IMG/VR virus record: IMGVR_UViG_3300032241_003323
Span: 6,042-70,041 of that record
DNA length: 64,000 nucleotides
Source of the DNA: a virus
Reading direction: 5' to 3' (one strand)
Shown here: in pieces, positions 1 through 9,724 of the stretch
Position numbering within the stretch: the first letter of the stretch is position 1
Layout: the number at the start of each line of letters is the position of its first letter
The notes under the pieces: model-generated
Told to the model about the DNA's origin: nothing
Database searches by the model: none
The model's input: the letters and a program-made list of their open reading frames with translations, nothing else
Made by a program: the position numbers and the translations under genes

Positions 1-39
1 TCTCTTGATTCAACTCTACAAGCCATTTCTTTTTAATCC

Positions 40-1191
40 TTAATCTCTAGTGATTTTTAAAAATCTAGTGCCAAATTTCTTTTTTTTATTCTTTCGAACA
101 AAAATTTTATAAGGTGTAACCTCGGTAGATTCACCCGTTGAAGGCCATTCTTCTCTATTCAATTCCGGTAAAAATTTATCTAATTTTTTTAATATGGATT
201 GAAAAATATCTTGACCCCAATTGTATGCATTTCCATCAGATATTATAGTAGAAAATGAAAAAATATAATTTTTTGGTATTCTATTACCACATATATCATC
301 TATTTCATATTCTTTAAGATTAAAATATCTAGATCGTTCATCAACAGCCAAAAAAGGACATCTAGCTAATATAGCCAATCTTGACAAACCGTTGAATGCA
401 TCTAAAACGCATCCTGTTGCACGCATTGCTGCCAAAACACGAGTTATATCATTCTCTTGTAAAAACACACATCTTCCAGCGAATTCTTGAGAAATATCAT
501 ATGATAAATAATTCTGCCAAATGACAGGGCTATAATTATTCGCAATAAGTTTTTCAACCAATTCGACCCAAAATTCTTTTTTTGCCCTAACATTCTGGCT
601 TTTTCCAACATTCCATTGTTTTATAAAAATAGACGGATGTAAGAAAATTTTATATCCAGGTTTTGTAGAAAGATCACGATTAAAATCTTTTCCTAAAACC
701 ATAGATGATGGAACAAATGGTAAAAATCTTTTAGTTGTATTAAATTCTTCAAAAAATTTATTTGTCAAACCATTTTGATAGAATGGAACAATTTGATTGT
801 AATCTATTACATCTCTAAAGAATTCATTTAAATTTCTTTTATAAATAGTTGTTAAATTAGATTGGTTTCTAAAGCCTTCTGCCTTCTCATAAAAACTTCT
901 ATAATGTGCTTCATCTGTTATAGACCAATATTCATCAACATAAGGAAAAATTCCCTGATATCCTGGCCAAGATGCCAAAATAAAATATTTAGAATTTTTA
1001 ACTTCTTGACGATATCTTTGAAGAAGCAGAGAAGACAATACAACCATGCTTCTCACATCTCCAAAAAATGGCAAAATAATTAAATTACTATAATCAGTTG
1101 GAATCTTACGCTCTTCAAAACGCTCACGAACAAAACCATTACGCTCAGAAGATCGTTTTAAAAAATCTACAACAGAATCCACTTTTACCAA
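40..1191 (-). CDS. GT-B fold (GT9/heptosyltransferase-like) glycosyltransferase, divergent
   Basis: FGD near the N-terminus, 'FPYVDEYW', 'EFWVELVEKL' and 'GLSRLAILARCP' resemble GT9 motifs. Confidence 0.5.
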   Translation of the reverse strand: MVKVDSVVDFLKRSSERNGFVRERFEERKIPTDYSNLIILPFFGDVRSMVVLSSLLLQRYRQEVKNSKYFILASWPGYQGIFPYVDEYWSITDEAHYRSFYEKAEGFRNQSNLTTIYKRNLNEFFRDVIDYNQIVPFYQNGLTNKFFEEFNTTKRFLPFVPSSMVLGKDFNRDLSTKPGYKIFLHPSIFIKQWNVGKSQNVRAKKEFWVELVEKLIANNYSPVIWQNYLSYDISQEFAGRCVFLQENDITRVLAAMRATGCVLDAFNGLSRLAILARCPFLAVDERSRYFNLKEYEIDDICGNRIPKNYIFSFSTIISDGNAYNWGQDIFQSILKKLDKFLPELNREEWPSTGESTEVTPYKIFVRKNKKKKFGTRFLKITRD

Positions 1192-1221
1192 CCTTTTAAA
1201 ATAGAACTATATTAAAATAGT

Positions 1222-2388
1222 TCATTTCCAACAATTTTGTCTTAAAAGCATTGATTTTATAAAATCTGGGGAATCTACCAAACCAATGATATCTTCCCAA
1301 TTATCTTCATTCATTTCTTTAATCGCACGATTTACCAAATCAATAGCTAAATTTTCATTTTCCATAACTGCTCGATACTGAGATAATACCAATTTTCTTT
1401 TATTGTTATCCGTTGTTAGTGCGATTCTTTTTCCCTCTTGTCCCATGCCAACAATTTGATCTGGAGATTCAAAAAGAATCCAAGGAACTCCCATCATAGA
1501 AGAAAGACGTGTGCTTGCAGTCCAGAATTGAACGGTAAATCTTAATTGGCAAATAATTGCCAATGTAAGCTCTAAATTCCTTGCTTCTGGCAAACGGCTA
1601 AAATCTATAACATCATCCACAGGACAAGGTAAAACACTTTGTTTTTCGCCCAACCAAATTGGGGTGTATCCTTTTTCTCTAAGATTTTCAATAAGTTTTA
1701 TATAAAATTCTGACGTTAAATTTCGCCCATAACAAACACGACCACGAGCAAAAATTCCAACTGGATTCGTGCCCAAATATTTTTTTGCAATTGTTTGCAT
1801 TTTAATGCTAGGACGTGGAATTTGCACAGCAAACTTTTTATGATAAGGTATATTTGCCAAAAGAGAGCGATCTATATTGCTAGAATTACACTTTTCACAT
1901 TTTGCATTTTCATCTTCATTGCCCCAAAAATGCCCACAATCAAAACATGTGTTTCCAAGACAAATATGACCCATAAGCAAACCTCTATAAACTTGACCAT
2001 AATCTTGTAGAGATTCTTCAAGGCTAAATAAATTTTTAGAAGTATTGTGAAACGCTTGAGAATATTCACGCAACCATTGAAATTGCTCTTCCATTTCCCA
2101 ATATTCGTCTACTAAATGACGATATAAATATTCTCTTCCATACCACCCAACACAGATAACATATGCTCCTGGATTTTTTTGAATAATTTTAGGAATACAA
2201 TACATTATTGCTAATGATTCACATCCAAACTCACTAAAACAAGTGATAATTAATATTTTCCTCTTATCTTGAGGACATTCCCTATTGTTAAACTTATGCT
2301 TATAAAATTTAATTTGATTAAAAGATTGTTCTTTTGGAACTATCCTTCCATCTCCAGGATTTCTGCGATATACCTTAATAAATTTCAT
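1222..2388 (-). CDS. GT9-like glycosyltransferase with a Zn-ribbon insertion
   Basis: 'SEFG', 'LVDEYW', 'IDFS..NLELTLAIICQL', 'TRLSSMMGVP'; CxxC..CxxC insert. Confidence 0.55.
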   Translation of the reverse strand: MKFIKVYRRNPGDGRIVPKEQSFNQIKFYKHKFNNRECPQDKRKILIITCFSEFGCESLAIMYCIPKIIQKNPGAYVICVGWYGREYLYRHLVDEYWEMEEQFQWLREYSQAFHNTSKNLFSLEESLQDYGQVYRGLLMGHICLGNTCFDCGHFWGNEDENAKCEKCNSSNIDRSLLANIPYHKKFAVQIPRPSIKMQTIAKKYLGTNPVGIFARGRVCYGRNLTSEFYIKLIENLREKGYTPIWLGEKQSVLPCPVDDVIDFSRLPEARNLELTLAIICQLRFTVQFWTASTRLSSMMGVPWILFESPDQIVGMGQEGKRIALTTDNNKRKLVLSQYRAVMENENLAIDLVNRAIKEMNEDNWEDIIGLVDSPDFIKSMLLRQNCWK

Positions 2389-2585
2389 GACGATTGACTG
2401 CTACTATTATTTTTTACTCTAATCTGCTTCGCTATTTGTCCACATTTGGGACATTTAAAAGTCCTCGGTTTACCACAATTTGAACAAGTTTGAATTTCCA
2501 CAAGATCTTTAAGATCTTCAGAAATACCTGTAGACATTCTGGCCCATCGACATTTTGCACAACGAATAATAAAATTATTTTCCAT
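2385..2585 (-). CDS. small zinc-ribbon protein
   Basis: three CxxC motifs in 66 aa; overlaps the next gene. Confidence 0.55.
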   Translation of the reverse strand: MENNFIIRCAKCRWARMSTGISEDLKDLVEIQTCSNCGKPRTFKCPKCGQIAKQIRVKNNSSSQSS

Positions 2586-2601
2586 AAAATATCATAGTTA
2601 A

Positions 2602-3690
2602 TTACGTTCTAATTACTCGCAAAATTCTCTTTGTTTCTTTTGCATTTAAAACTTTCCAAATTTCACATCTAGTCGCATCATCTTCTTCCTCATCAAATGC
2701 GGCACCACCTAAACTGTAAGAATAGGCACCTTTTCCTAATTTTCCACCACCACTTCCATGTTTTGTTGCTAATTCTTTACAAAGCTGAGGAACCATAACA
2801 GAAGCGTTTCTGCTTCTTACACAACCTTCAATCCTGTCACCATCAACAATCGCAAAAGCAACCGCTGTATTTATATCTTCCCATGAAACCATTCCATCAA
2901 CCATATCTGCAATCATATCTCTATGTTTAGATGGAATCACTCCCAATCCTACGATGCCAACACCTTCTTGAACAATTGCTTTTTCCACAGCAGAAGCTTT
3001 ATGCTCAATCCAAAATTTCGGTCTTTCAAAATGCACTATTTTCTTCAAAACAACTGAATTTCTATAATCAAATAATTCAGACCACGCTTCAAATTCATAA
3101 TTGGATGTATCATCAGACATCAAAGATTCTGTATCTGTACTAATTCCAACCAACATGGCAGTTGCCATTTTTATATCATTGTCAACATCATCGTTAAGTT
3201 CTAATCTAAAGTTTTTTATAAGATGATATACAGTTGCACAACAACTTCCTGCTTTTAAATTAATGAATAATCCAGAAAAACCACCATTTGGAACCTCTTT
3301 GTGGTGATCTATAACCAAATCAAAATTTATTTCTTGTTTGCAGACTCCAGCGTTTGCGGGAACCGTGTCAACCAAAATTCTTAAATCCCAATCTTTAGAA
3401 TTATATTCCGAAATTGATCTTATGTTCGGATCTAAAAGATTGACCATTGCTATATTTTGAGGATGGGAAATAACTCCATCAAAAAAACCCATTGTTTCCA
3501 CAGATGGGTTTAATTTTTTACAAAGCCATTCCATACCAACAATTGAAGCAATCGCATCCGGGTCCAAATAAGCATGGCTAAATATAGCCACTCTTTTTGC
3601 AGATTTAACCAACTTCAAAACAGATTCTGACAAATCAGAACTGCTTTCAACCTCTTCTTCGTTTTTTCTTTTTTCAGCAATCTTGCTCAT
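2602..3690 (-). CDS. DHH/DHHA1 phosphoesterase (NrnA/GdpP-like)
   Basis: H..LDPDA, VDT, IDHH, STDT and C-terminal GGG motifs. Confidence 0.88.
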   Translation of the reverse strand: MSKIAEKRKNEEEVESSSDLSESVLKLVKSAKRVAIFSHAYLDPDAIASIVGMEWLCKKLNPSVETMGFFDGVISHPQNIAMVNLLDPNIRSISEYNSKDWDLRILVDTVPANAGVCKQEINFDLVIDHHKEVPNGGFSGLFINLKAGSCCATVYHLIKNFRLELNDDVDNDIKMATAMLVGISTDTESLMSDDTSNYEFEAWSELFDYRNSVVLKKIVHFERPKFWIEHKASAVEKAIVQEGVGIVGLGVIPSKHRDMIADMVDGMVSWEDINTAVAFAIVDGDRIEGCVRSRNASVMVPQLCKELATKHGSGGGKLGKGAYSYSLGGAAFDEEEDDATRCEIWKVLNAKETKRILRVIRT

Positions 3691-4124
3691 TTATACACCA
3701 AATTGTTGGAATTTAACCATTTGAGCAAATTAATTTCTTCTTTTTGATTTTGAATTGTTAAATCAACAATCCACCTTCCGTCCGACTGTTTTTCATACAG
3801 AAGAACTTTTGGATTTGTACTATGATTTAACAAATCATAGACCTTTTTTTTGGCTTCATCTGTAGCCACAACAGCTAATTTGCCCAAAATTCGAGTATCA
3901 TCTTTATCGTTCAACGTTAAATCAAATGTGTCGCCACGTAAAACAATTACTCTTTTTAAATCAAATTTCTTTCCTTTGCTAGAATCTGAAATAGAAGGAA
4001 CATTAAAAGCGTCAGGAAGCGGAGGAATAAACTTATTTGATTTATTGTAATAAACAAAAAGGATTAATGCTATGATTAGCCATAATCCTAAAATTAAAAT
4101 TTCAATTGCATTTTTACGATTCAT
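3687..4124 (-). CDS. membrane-anchored thermonuclease(SNase)-like protein
   Basis: N-terminal hydrophobic helix; 'RVIVLRGDTF', 'DGRWIVD' and 'INLLKWL' resemble the SNase OB fold; GGAG precedes the ATG at 4124. Confidence 0.45.
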   Translation of the reverse strand: MNRKNAIEILILGLWLIIALILFVYYNKSNKFIPPLPDAFNVPSISDSSKGKKFDLKRVIVLRGDTFDLTLNDKDDTRILGKLAVVATDEAKKKVYDLLNHSTNPKVLLYEKQSDGRWIVDLTIQNQKEEINLLKWLNSNNLVYK

Positions 4125-4707
4125 CAGCATCTCCAGCCTGTGAAGCGGCAATGGCATCTTTCAATTCCATTAAACTGTCGCTCCACAATCCATATCTACG
4201 AACATTTTCTGCAAAAACCTCAAGATCTAAAGGTGCCACTTTCCACTTAACATTGCCATCATCATCTGTTTTGAATTCTTGTGTGTATTGAGTGCGGCCC
4301 CATTCATCTTTAATTTTCTTTTTTTTGCCATTCTCTTCAACCACTTCTGGCATATATTCCGCAGAACATCGTGTTAACTGCAAATCCAAAAAGGCTTCTC
4401 TTTCATCGCCTTTTAAAATTGAGTGCCAGAGATCCATAGGAATGGAAATACAAAAATCGTGTTTTTCACGATGCCATAATTTAGCCAAAGCACTAAATTT
4501 GCTAACTTTACCTAGATTCAACTTATTATTGATAAAAGGCTTGCTCTCATCAAAACAACACACTATTGATGCGTTGGCAAGCCTTTTAGAATGGTGCTTT
4601 TCCTTAACATAATTCAGAATTTCAGTGACTTCGTTCGGTGCTTTCCAAGGATTCGTGGACATTGAGAATTGCTCCTTAACAGAATTATATGGATTATAAA
4701 CTGTCAA
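4114..4707 (-). CDS. phage metallopeptidase-like protein with a degenerate HExxH
   Basis: 'LGKVSK', 'DFCISI..W..L...REAFLD' and 'DLEVFAENVRRYGLW' are typical of this phage family; HELxH is replaced by LQLTR. Confidence 0.6.
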   Translation of the reverse strand: MTVYNPYNSVKEQFSMSTNPWKAPNEVTEILNYVKEKHHSKRLANASIVCCFDESKPFINNKLNLGKVSKFSALAKLWHREKHDFCISIPMDLWHSILKGDEREAFLDLQLTRCSAEYMPEVVEENGKKKKIKDEWGRTQYTQEFKTDDDGNVKWKVAPLDLEVFAENVRRYGLWSDSLMELKDAIAASQAGDADES

Positions 4708-5309
4708 CCGTCCTTAGTCCACCTGTTTCCGCTCAAAGAATCACTCAATTTATCAATTTCTTTTTTAATATTATCAATTTTTGATTGGACATCCTTGGTC
4801 GAACTTCCTTTTGTGTCCATAGAATTAAGCTTACTTTCTAACTTCTCCAATCCAACCTTTAATTCTTCTAATTGAAAATGTTCTTTGCCGCCAACTGCCC
4901 AATTCTGTGTAGGATCAACGTTTTGATCTTTTCCATATGTGTTAGGATAAACAGGATTATGAGCATTGCCAATTTTGTCAGCAACCTTTTTTATATCTTT
5001 TTTTGATTCATTTTTTACATCTTTTTTTGATTCATTTTTTACATCTTTTTTTGATTCATTTAAAAATTTAGAGTAGTGATAAGAATTGCCAGCCATGCGT
5101 GCAACTTCTGACCAATAATCAGTCTGAGACTCATTTAAAGGTTCGTCCATATCATATTCTGACGAAAGATTTTGTCCAAAAAAATCAGAACCAAAAAAAG
5201 AATCTTCAGAATTTTTTACTTTTTTAGGAGCGTCTTTAAAAATTCCCTTTTCTAAAGCACTATCCCAAATTTTTGCATACTTGTTAATATCGTCCATCAT
5301 GTCGCCCAT
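4704..5309 (-). CDS. hypothetical protein with NESKKDVK tandem repeats and a C-terminal coiled coil
   Basis: ORF preceded by a GAGGA RBS. Confidence 0.6.
   Translation of the reverse strand: MGDMMDDINKYAKIWDSALEKGIFKDAPKKVKNSEDSFFGSDFFGQNLSSEYDMDEPLNESQTDYWSEVARMAGNSYHYSKFLNESKKDVKNESKKDVKNESKKDIKKVADKIGNAHNPVYPNTYGKDQNVDPTQNWAVGGKEHFQLEELKVGLEKLESKLNSMDTKGSSTKDVQSKIDNIKKEIDKLSDSLSGNRWTKDG
4990..5062. repeat. 24-nt tandem repeat x3 (encodes NESKKDV/IK)
   Basis: ttttttgattcattttttacatc units. Confidence 0.85.
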
Positions 5310-5363
5310 ATTTTATCCTCTCTGACTAGATCAATAATTTATATATTATACTTATTACATTAT

Positions 5364-5924
5364 TTAATAAGGAGGAACCAACAAAGAGTCAATTTCTTCC
5401 TTGGTTGGCCTATTTTCATAAAATTGTTTATACCATCCATATTTTTTACCAATATAAATGGTATTTCCATCTAAAAATCTATTTACCGCATATTTTGTTG
5501 ACATTGTGTAGGGATCACTAAATAAAGCTTCATCAAAATTATCTTTTTCTGGAGAATATTCAGACCCTGCTCTCAGCAAAATTGTAAAAAGAGATCGTCT
5601 CATGGCTTTTGCAGTCCACCAACGGGATGGTTCAACCCACATAATTGTTTTTCTTTGTGTTGGACCAAAATCCGATCTCGGTTGCACATCTAAAAGATCT
5701 TCAACCCTTTGCATAAAAGCTGCAATACAACAGCCTTTTTCAGAGTCATGCGAAAAGAAAAATAAATTTAAATTACGCAATTGTCTATGAAATAATTCAC
5801 GACAATAATACCATTCTCCTGCTCTATATTTATCATCTCGAATTCCATTCGGTTTACAAAAACTTCCAGGCTCGGGACGATATGGGCTGCTAACATACAA
5901 AACGTCTCCGAATTTATGCGACAT
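5364..5924 (-). CDS. hypothetical protein
   Basis: 186 aa ORF coupled to the upstream gene. Confidence 0.6.
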   Translation of the reverse strand: MSHKFGDVLYVSSPYRPEPGSFCKPNGIRDDKYRAGEWYYCRELFHRQLRNLNLFFFSHDSEKGCCIAAFMQRVEDLLDVQPRSDFGPTQRKTIMWVEPSRWWTAKAMRRSLFTILLRAGSEYSPEKDNFDEALFSDPYTMSTKYAVNRFLDGNTIYIGKKYGWYKQFYENRPTKEEIDSLLVPPY

Positions 5925-6394
5925 TAACCCTCTTTTTCTGGCTCCTTCCCAATTACTCTAGAATGAATTTTGAGCCTTTGATTTGATTTATCTAAAAATT
6001 CATCTAGATTCATAATTCCAATAATTGACCAATGGTGATCATCTATTGGCACAAATTCCTTTTTTGTGTAATAAAAAAACTCGACATTATATTTATACGG
6101 TTTCTTTTCTACTTCTTCTAAATTCATACCAAAAATCAAATCTTTGCAAATTTCTTTACAAATTTTTATCGCATCAACCTGTGTTGCCCCACCTAATTTT
6201 CTCATTACCTGTATAGCAGCAAGTGCTTTGTCATGATTCACCAATAAATCAATAACATCACGCTTCATGTTTCCTTCTACAAATTCTGCACTTGCCGTAT
6301 AGCACGCAATAATATCATCACGTTCTGGGCGAGATACACGACAATCACGAAAATACTCAGAAAAATTAGATTCATTAATTATAAGTTCACTCAT
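5924..6394 (-). CDS. hypothetical protein
   Basis: ORF with a GGAG RBS directly after dnaE-C. Confidence 0.6.
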   Translation of the reverse strand: MSELIINESNFSEYFRDCRVSRPERDDIIACYTASAEFVEGNMKRDVIDLLVNHDKALAAIQVMRKLGGATQVDAIKICKEICKDLIFGMNLEEVEKKPYKYNVEFFYYTKKEFVPIDDHHWSIIGIMNLDEFLDKSNQRLKIHSRVIGKEPEKEG

Positions 6395-6396
6395 AT

Positions 6397-9165
6397 TCAC
6401 TCCATGACGCAATTAGAAAAATATTCCAAAACTTCATCGTCAGATAACGCTTTTTCCTTTTGTTTTTTACCAGGAGCAAGCACATAAACTCTAATATCCT
6501 CATGTTTATGACGATATTTCTTCTGACCTCTCCACTTTCCAGCTTGATTGCTTTCCAAAAGGAAAGTCTTAAAACCGCCCGATGGAGGCTGAAGTCTTAC
6601 TCTAAGTAAGTTACCTGGAACAAATTTATTTGTTTTTTCATCCCAACCAAACTCTTTTGACCACCACTCCCAGTCATCTGGCCAAATGTTTATTGTCGCT
6701 TGCTGACCTGTAACATCCTCAGCAACAATCTTCCAATAAGCATTGCCATTCTTGCTTTCGCATCTTTTTCCATCTTTTATTTTGATTTCAACTGGAGATG
6801 TAGACCCCGATAGATCACTATTTAAAGCATCAAACGTCAAATTGCCATGATAATCAGGGCTTAATTCCAATTCATGAATCCACGCAAATCCATAATATTT
6901 TTCCTCACACCCAACAGGATCAGAAAATTCTTTGACCAATTTCGGATCAATATCATATTCGTGAGGATTAAATTCAGAAAATTTTGGAAGAATTGACCTA
7001 TCAAAGTTTTGGTATTTTTTGATAGTTTTCTTTCTTTTTTGCCAAAGTTTTCGCAACTCTTTCCAAGCATTCCAAGTCTTTTTCACATTTTTAGAACGAT
7101 AAAATACTATAGTTTCTTGTTGAACATACAATCCTGTATCTTCAACTTCAATTTCTTCAATTTCAATCCGTTCAATCGCACCTTCATCGTCTTTGCTGCA
7201 AACAACATTTTTTGATGCGTCTATTTCTTGATCAATGTCATATTTAGATTTCCACTCTTCGGAGTCGAATGGATTTTCAACATCCGACTCTAAATCAGCT
7301 AACGTGCAGCTTTCTGTTAGTGCTAATTCTTTAAATTCTTGCTCATATCTTTCCAGGGAAGCATGGTAACGAGCATGAGATGATTCTATCTTTTTAAAAC
7401 AATTTTTATAATGTTCGGAAAATTTCCAAAGCGTAACAGGATCAGCATCTTTAAAACAACGAAGTCCCAACAAAGGCTTTAAAACGTTGGCTTCAGTGCC
7501 AAATTTGTACAAAAATTCCTCAAATGAAGAATATGGCTGAGAGGCTACAATTTTTTTAGCAACTTCTTCTCCAATTCCCTTTATCTTGCTGAATCCAAAA
7601 TAAATATCGTCTCCGATAAGTTCAAAGTTATCAGAAGCTTTATTTACATCAAGAGATTTTATGCCAACACCATGAATTTTCGCCTCCATTTTATATTCTT
7701 TAATTTTGTCGCTTAAAGTCTCACAGCTTAAAATAGAATTATAAAATTCATGACGATAATGAGCTTTCAAATACAGAAGCCGCATTGAAATATATGTGTA
7801 GCTAACCGCATGGGATTTATTAAAGCCGTATTCACTAAATGATTCAACTTGATTATAAAAATCATTAATTTCTTTATCGGTACATCCTAAATTTTTTCTT
7901 CCGTTGCACAAAAACATTTCTTTATATTTGGCAATCATATCAATTTTCTTCTTTGAAATTGCCTTACGTACAATTTCACAGTCCCGAAGAGGAATTTCAC
8001 CAACAACATTTAAAATTTGCATAATTTGTTCTTGAAAAACCATAACTCCATAAGTTTTTTCAAGAATCGGTCGAATCAAAGGATGTAAATCAAATTTCTC
8101 ACGACCACGCTTTCTTTCGATATATCGCTCATGCATGCGACAATTCAAAGGACCAGGACGAAACAAACTGGCATAAACAACTAAATCCTCAAATCTATCA
8201 ACACCACCAGCCCTAACTAAATTACGAATTCCTTCAGAATCAAATTGGAATATACACTTTAAATCTCCACTGTTGGCCATTTTTAAAGAATCAGGATCAT
8301 TTCTCCACTTTGCAACATCAGTCCAATCAGAGCCTCCAGGTCTATTGCAAATTCCATCAATTCCATGACGCTTTTTGATTAATTCACAACATCTTGCAAT
8401 TTGCAAAAGGTTGGAAATAACCAACAAGTCAAATTTAATCAAACCCACGGGTTGCAAGTCTTGTCCGTGTAATCCTTCCACCCAAGCACTTGCTTGTGGA
8501 CTGTCTTTTCTTTTAACTAAAGGAACAAGATCGTGTATGGGCATTTTAGATATGATTAAACCACCAGCATGTAGCCCCATGCCACGATTACGATTCAATA
8601 ATTTTTTAGCGGCAACTGCAACATCTGGATGTTCTTCACAATATTTATTCAGTTCAGGATACTGCTTCATAGCAGCATCCCAAGTCATAGCATTTCCATC
8701 TTCATCTTTATTATCAACATTTTTTGTTAAAGCCAAAACTTCATCACGGCTTAAATCATGAACACGAGCCATATCAATCAAAGCAGATTTCAAACCAAAT
8801 GTTGTATAATTGCTAATATTACAAACATAATCCTCTCCAAATGTTTGAGGAGCCCAAACATTTTTCAAAATATCTCTAATGTCTGCAATATAATCCACAT
8901 CAACGTCTGGCAAATCTCCATCAAATCTAGAATTAGGCTCTTTTTCTATAGAATAATCAGGAGCAATTCCCAAAAGCCAACAAACAATTAAATTGTTCTC
9001 ATTATAAGCAACTTTTAATCCCTTTTGATATAAATCTGCAAAATAACCAACCTTGTTTTTGGCAATTATTTCTTCTTTTTCCCATTTAAGCCTTTTTTGA
9101 TACCTAACATCTTTGTCTAGATTTAAATCAACCAATTTTTTCTGGCAAATATCAAAAATGTCCAT
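6397..9165 (-). CDS. dnaE: DNA polymerase III alpha, C-terminal part (palm/fingers/HhH/OB)
   Basis: LPDVDVDY, HAGG, LIKFDLL, IFQF, RPGP, FQEQIM, YGFNKSHA and IKGIG motifs; no PHP domain. Confidence 0.93.
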   Translation of the reverse strand: MDIFDICQKKLVDLNLDKDVRYQKRLKWEKEEIIAKNKVGYFADLYQKGLKVAYNENNLIVCWLLGIAPDYSIEKEPNSRFDGDLPDVDVDYIADIRDILKNVWAPQTFGEDYVCNISNYTTFGLKSALIDMARVHDLSRDEVLALTKNVDNKDEDGNAMTWDAAMKQYPELNKYCEEHPDVAVAAKKLLNRNRGMGLHAGGLIISKMPIHDLVPLVKRKDSPQASAWVEGLHGQDLQPVGLIKFDLLVISNLLQIARCCELIKKRHGIDGICNRPGGSDWTDVAKWRNDPDSLKMANSGDLKCIFQFDSEGIRNLVRAGGVDRFEDLVVYASLFRPGPLNCRMHERYIERKRGREKFDLHPLIRPILEKTYGVMVFQEQIMQILNVVGEIPLRDCEIVRKAISKKKIDMIAKYKEMFLCNGRKNLGCTDKEINDFYNQVESFSEYGFNKSHAVSYTYISMRLLYLKAHYRHEFYNSILSCETLSDKIKEYKMEAKIHGVGIKSLDVNKASDNFELIGDDIYFGFSKIKGIGEEVAKKIVASQPYSSFEEFLYKFGTEANVLKPLLGLRCFKDADPVTLWKFSEHYKNCFKKIESSHARYHASLERYEQEFKELALTESCTLADLESDVENPFDSEEWKSKYDIDQEIDASKNVVCSKDDEGAIERIEIEEIEVEDTGLYVQQETIVFYRSKNVKKTWNAWKELRKLWQKRKKTIKKYQNFDRSILPKFSEFNPHEYDIDPKLVKEFSDPVGCEEKYYGFAWIHELELSPDYHGNLTFDALNSDLSGSTSPVEIKIKDGKRCESKNGNAYWKIVAEDVTGQQATINIWPDDWEWWSKEFGWDEKTNKFVPGNLLRVRLQPPSGGFKTFLLESNQAGKWRGQKKYRHKHEDIRVYVLAPGKKQKEKALSDDEVLEYFSNCVME

Positions 9166-9175
9166 AGCAAAAACC

Positions 9176-9724
9176 TCAAAGATCTATTTCGTGTCCATAT
9201 TTTGTATGAACAATTAAACGAAATCCTTCAACTTCAATCGTTTTTTTGTCTGGGCAAATTTTTGACCATATTTGATCAAAAAATTTAACGGACCTTTCTT
9301 TTATTGTTTCGATGTGCCAATCTTCTGGCTCTACATCAAAAAATATACCAACACTCAAAGGAGCAGGAAAATTATAATCATTATAATTTTCTTCAGTCAA
9401 AAATGCATATTCTCCACGAGCATTGTAACCATATTTTTTATTTAACCAAACACAACAAGGAGAGTAATCTTGATTTTCATCAATTCTCTGAGCAATAAAA
9501 CCATAAAAAGGATTTTTTTGCTCAGAAACTTGACCTTTGGGGAATTCATCGTCTGCTATTCCCTGATCTAAGTAAAAAAGATCAGCAAATTTCTCCCCTT
9601 TATCAGATTCATCAATAAATCCTGTGCAGTAAGCACACAATTCTTTTGCAAATCTCTCAGAAAAAGAATTAGTATCAATGACTAATATGTATTCTGTAGA
9701 AATAAGAACCTGATTGCTCATCAT
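9176..9724 (-). CDS. hypothetical protein
   Basis: 182 aa ORF within the operon. Confidence 0.6.
   Translation of the reverse strand: MMSNQVLISTEYILVIDTNSFSERFAKELCAYCTGFIDESDKGEKFADLFYLDQGIADDEFPKGQVSEQKNPFYGFIAQRIDENQDYSPCCVWLNKKYGYNARGEYAFLTEENYNDYNFPAPLSVGIFFDVEPEDWHIETIKERSVKFFDQIWSKICPDKKTIEVEGFRLIVHTKYGHEIDL

Noticed and set aside
1-26. Start of a gene running off the left edge (MACRVESR..., - strand)
   Set aside because: Only 8 codons are visible, so it cannot be identified
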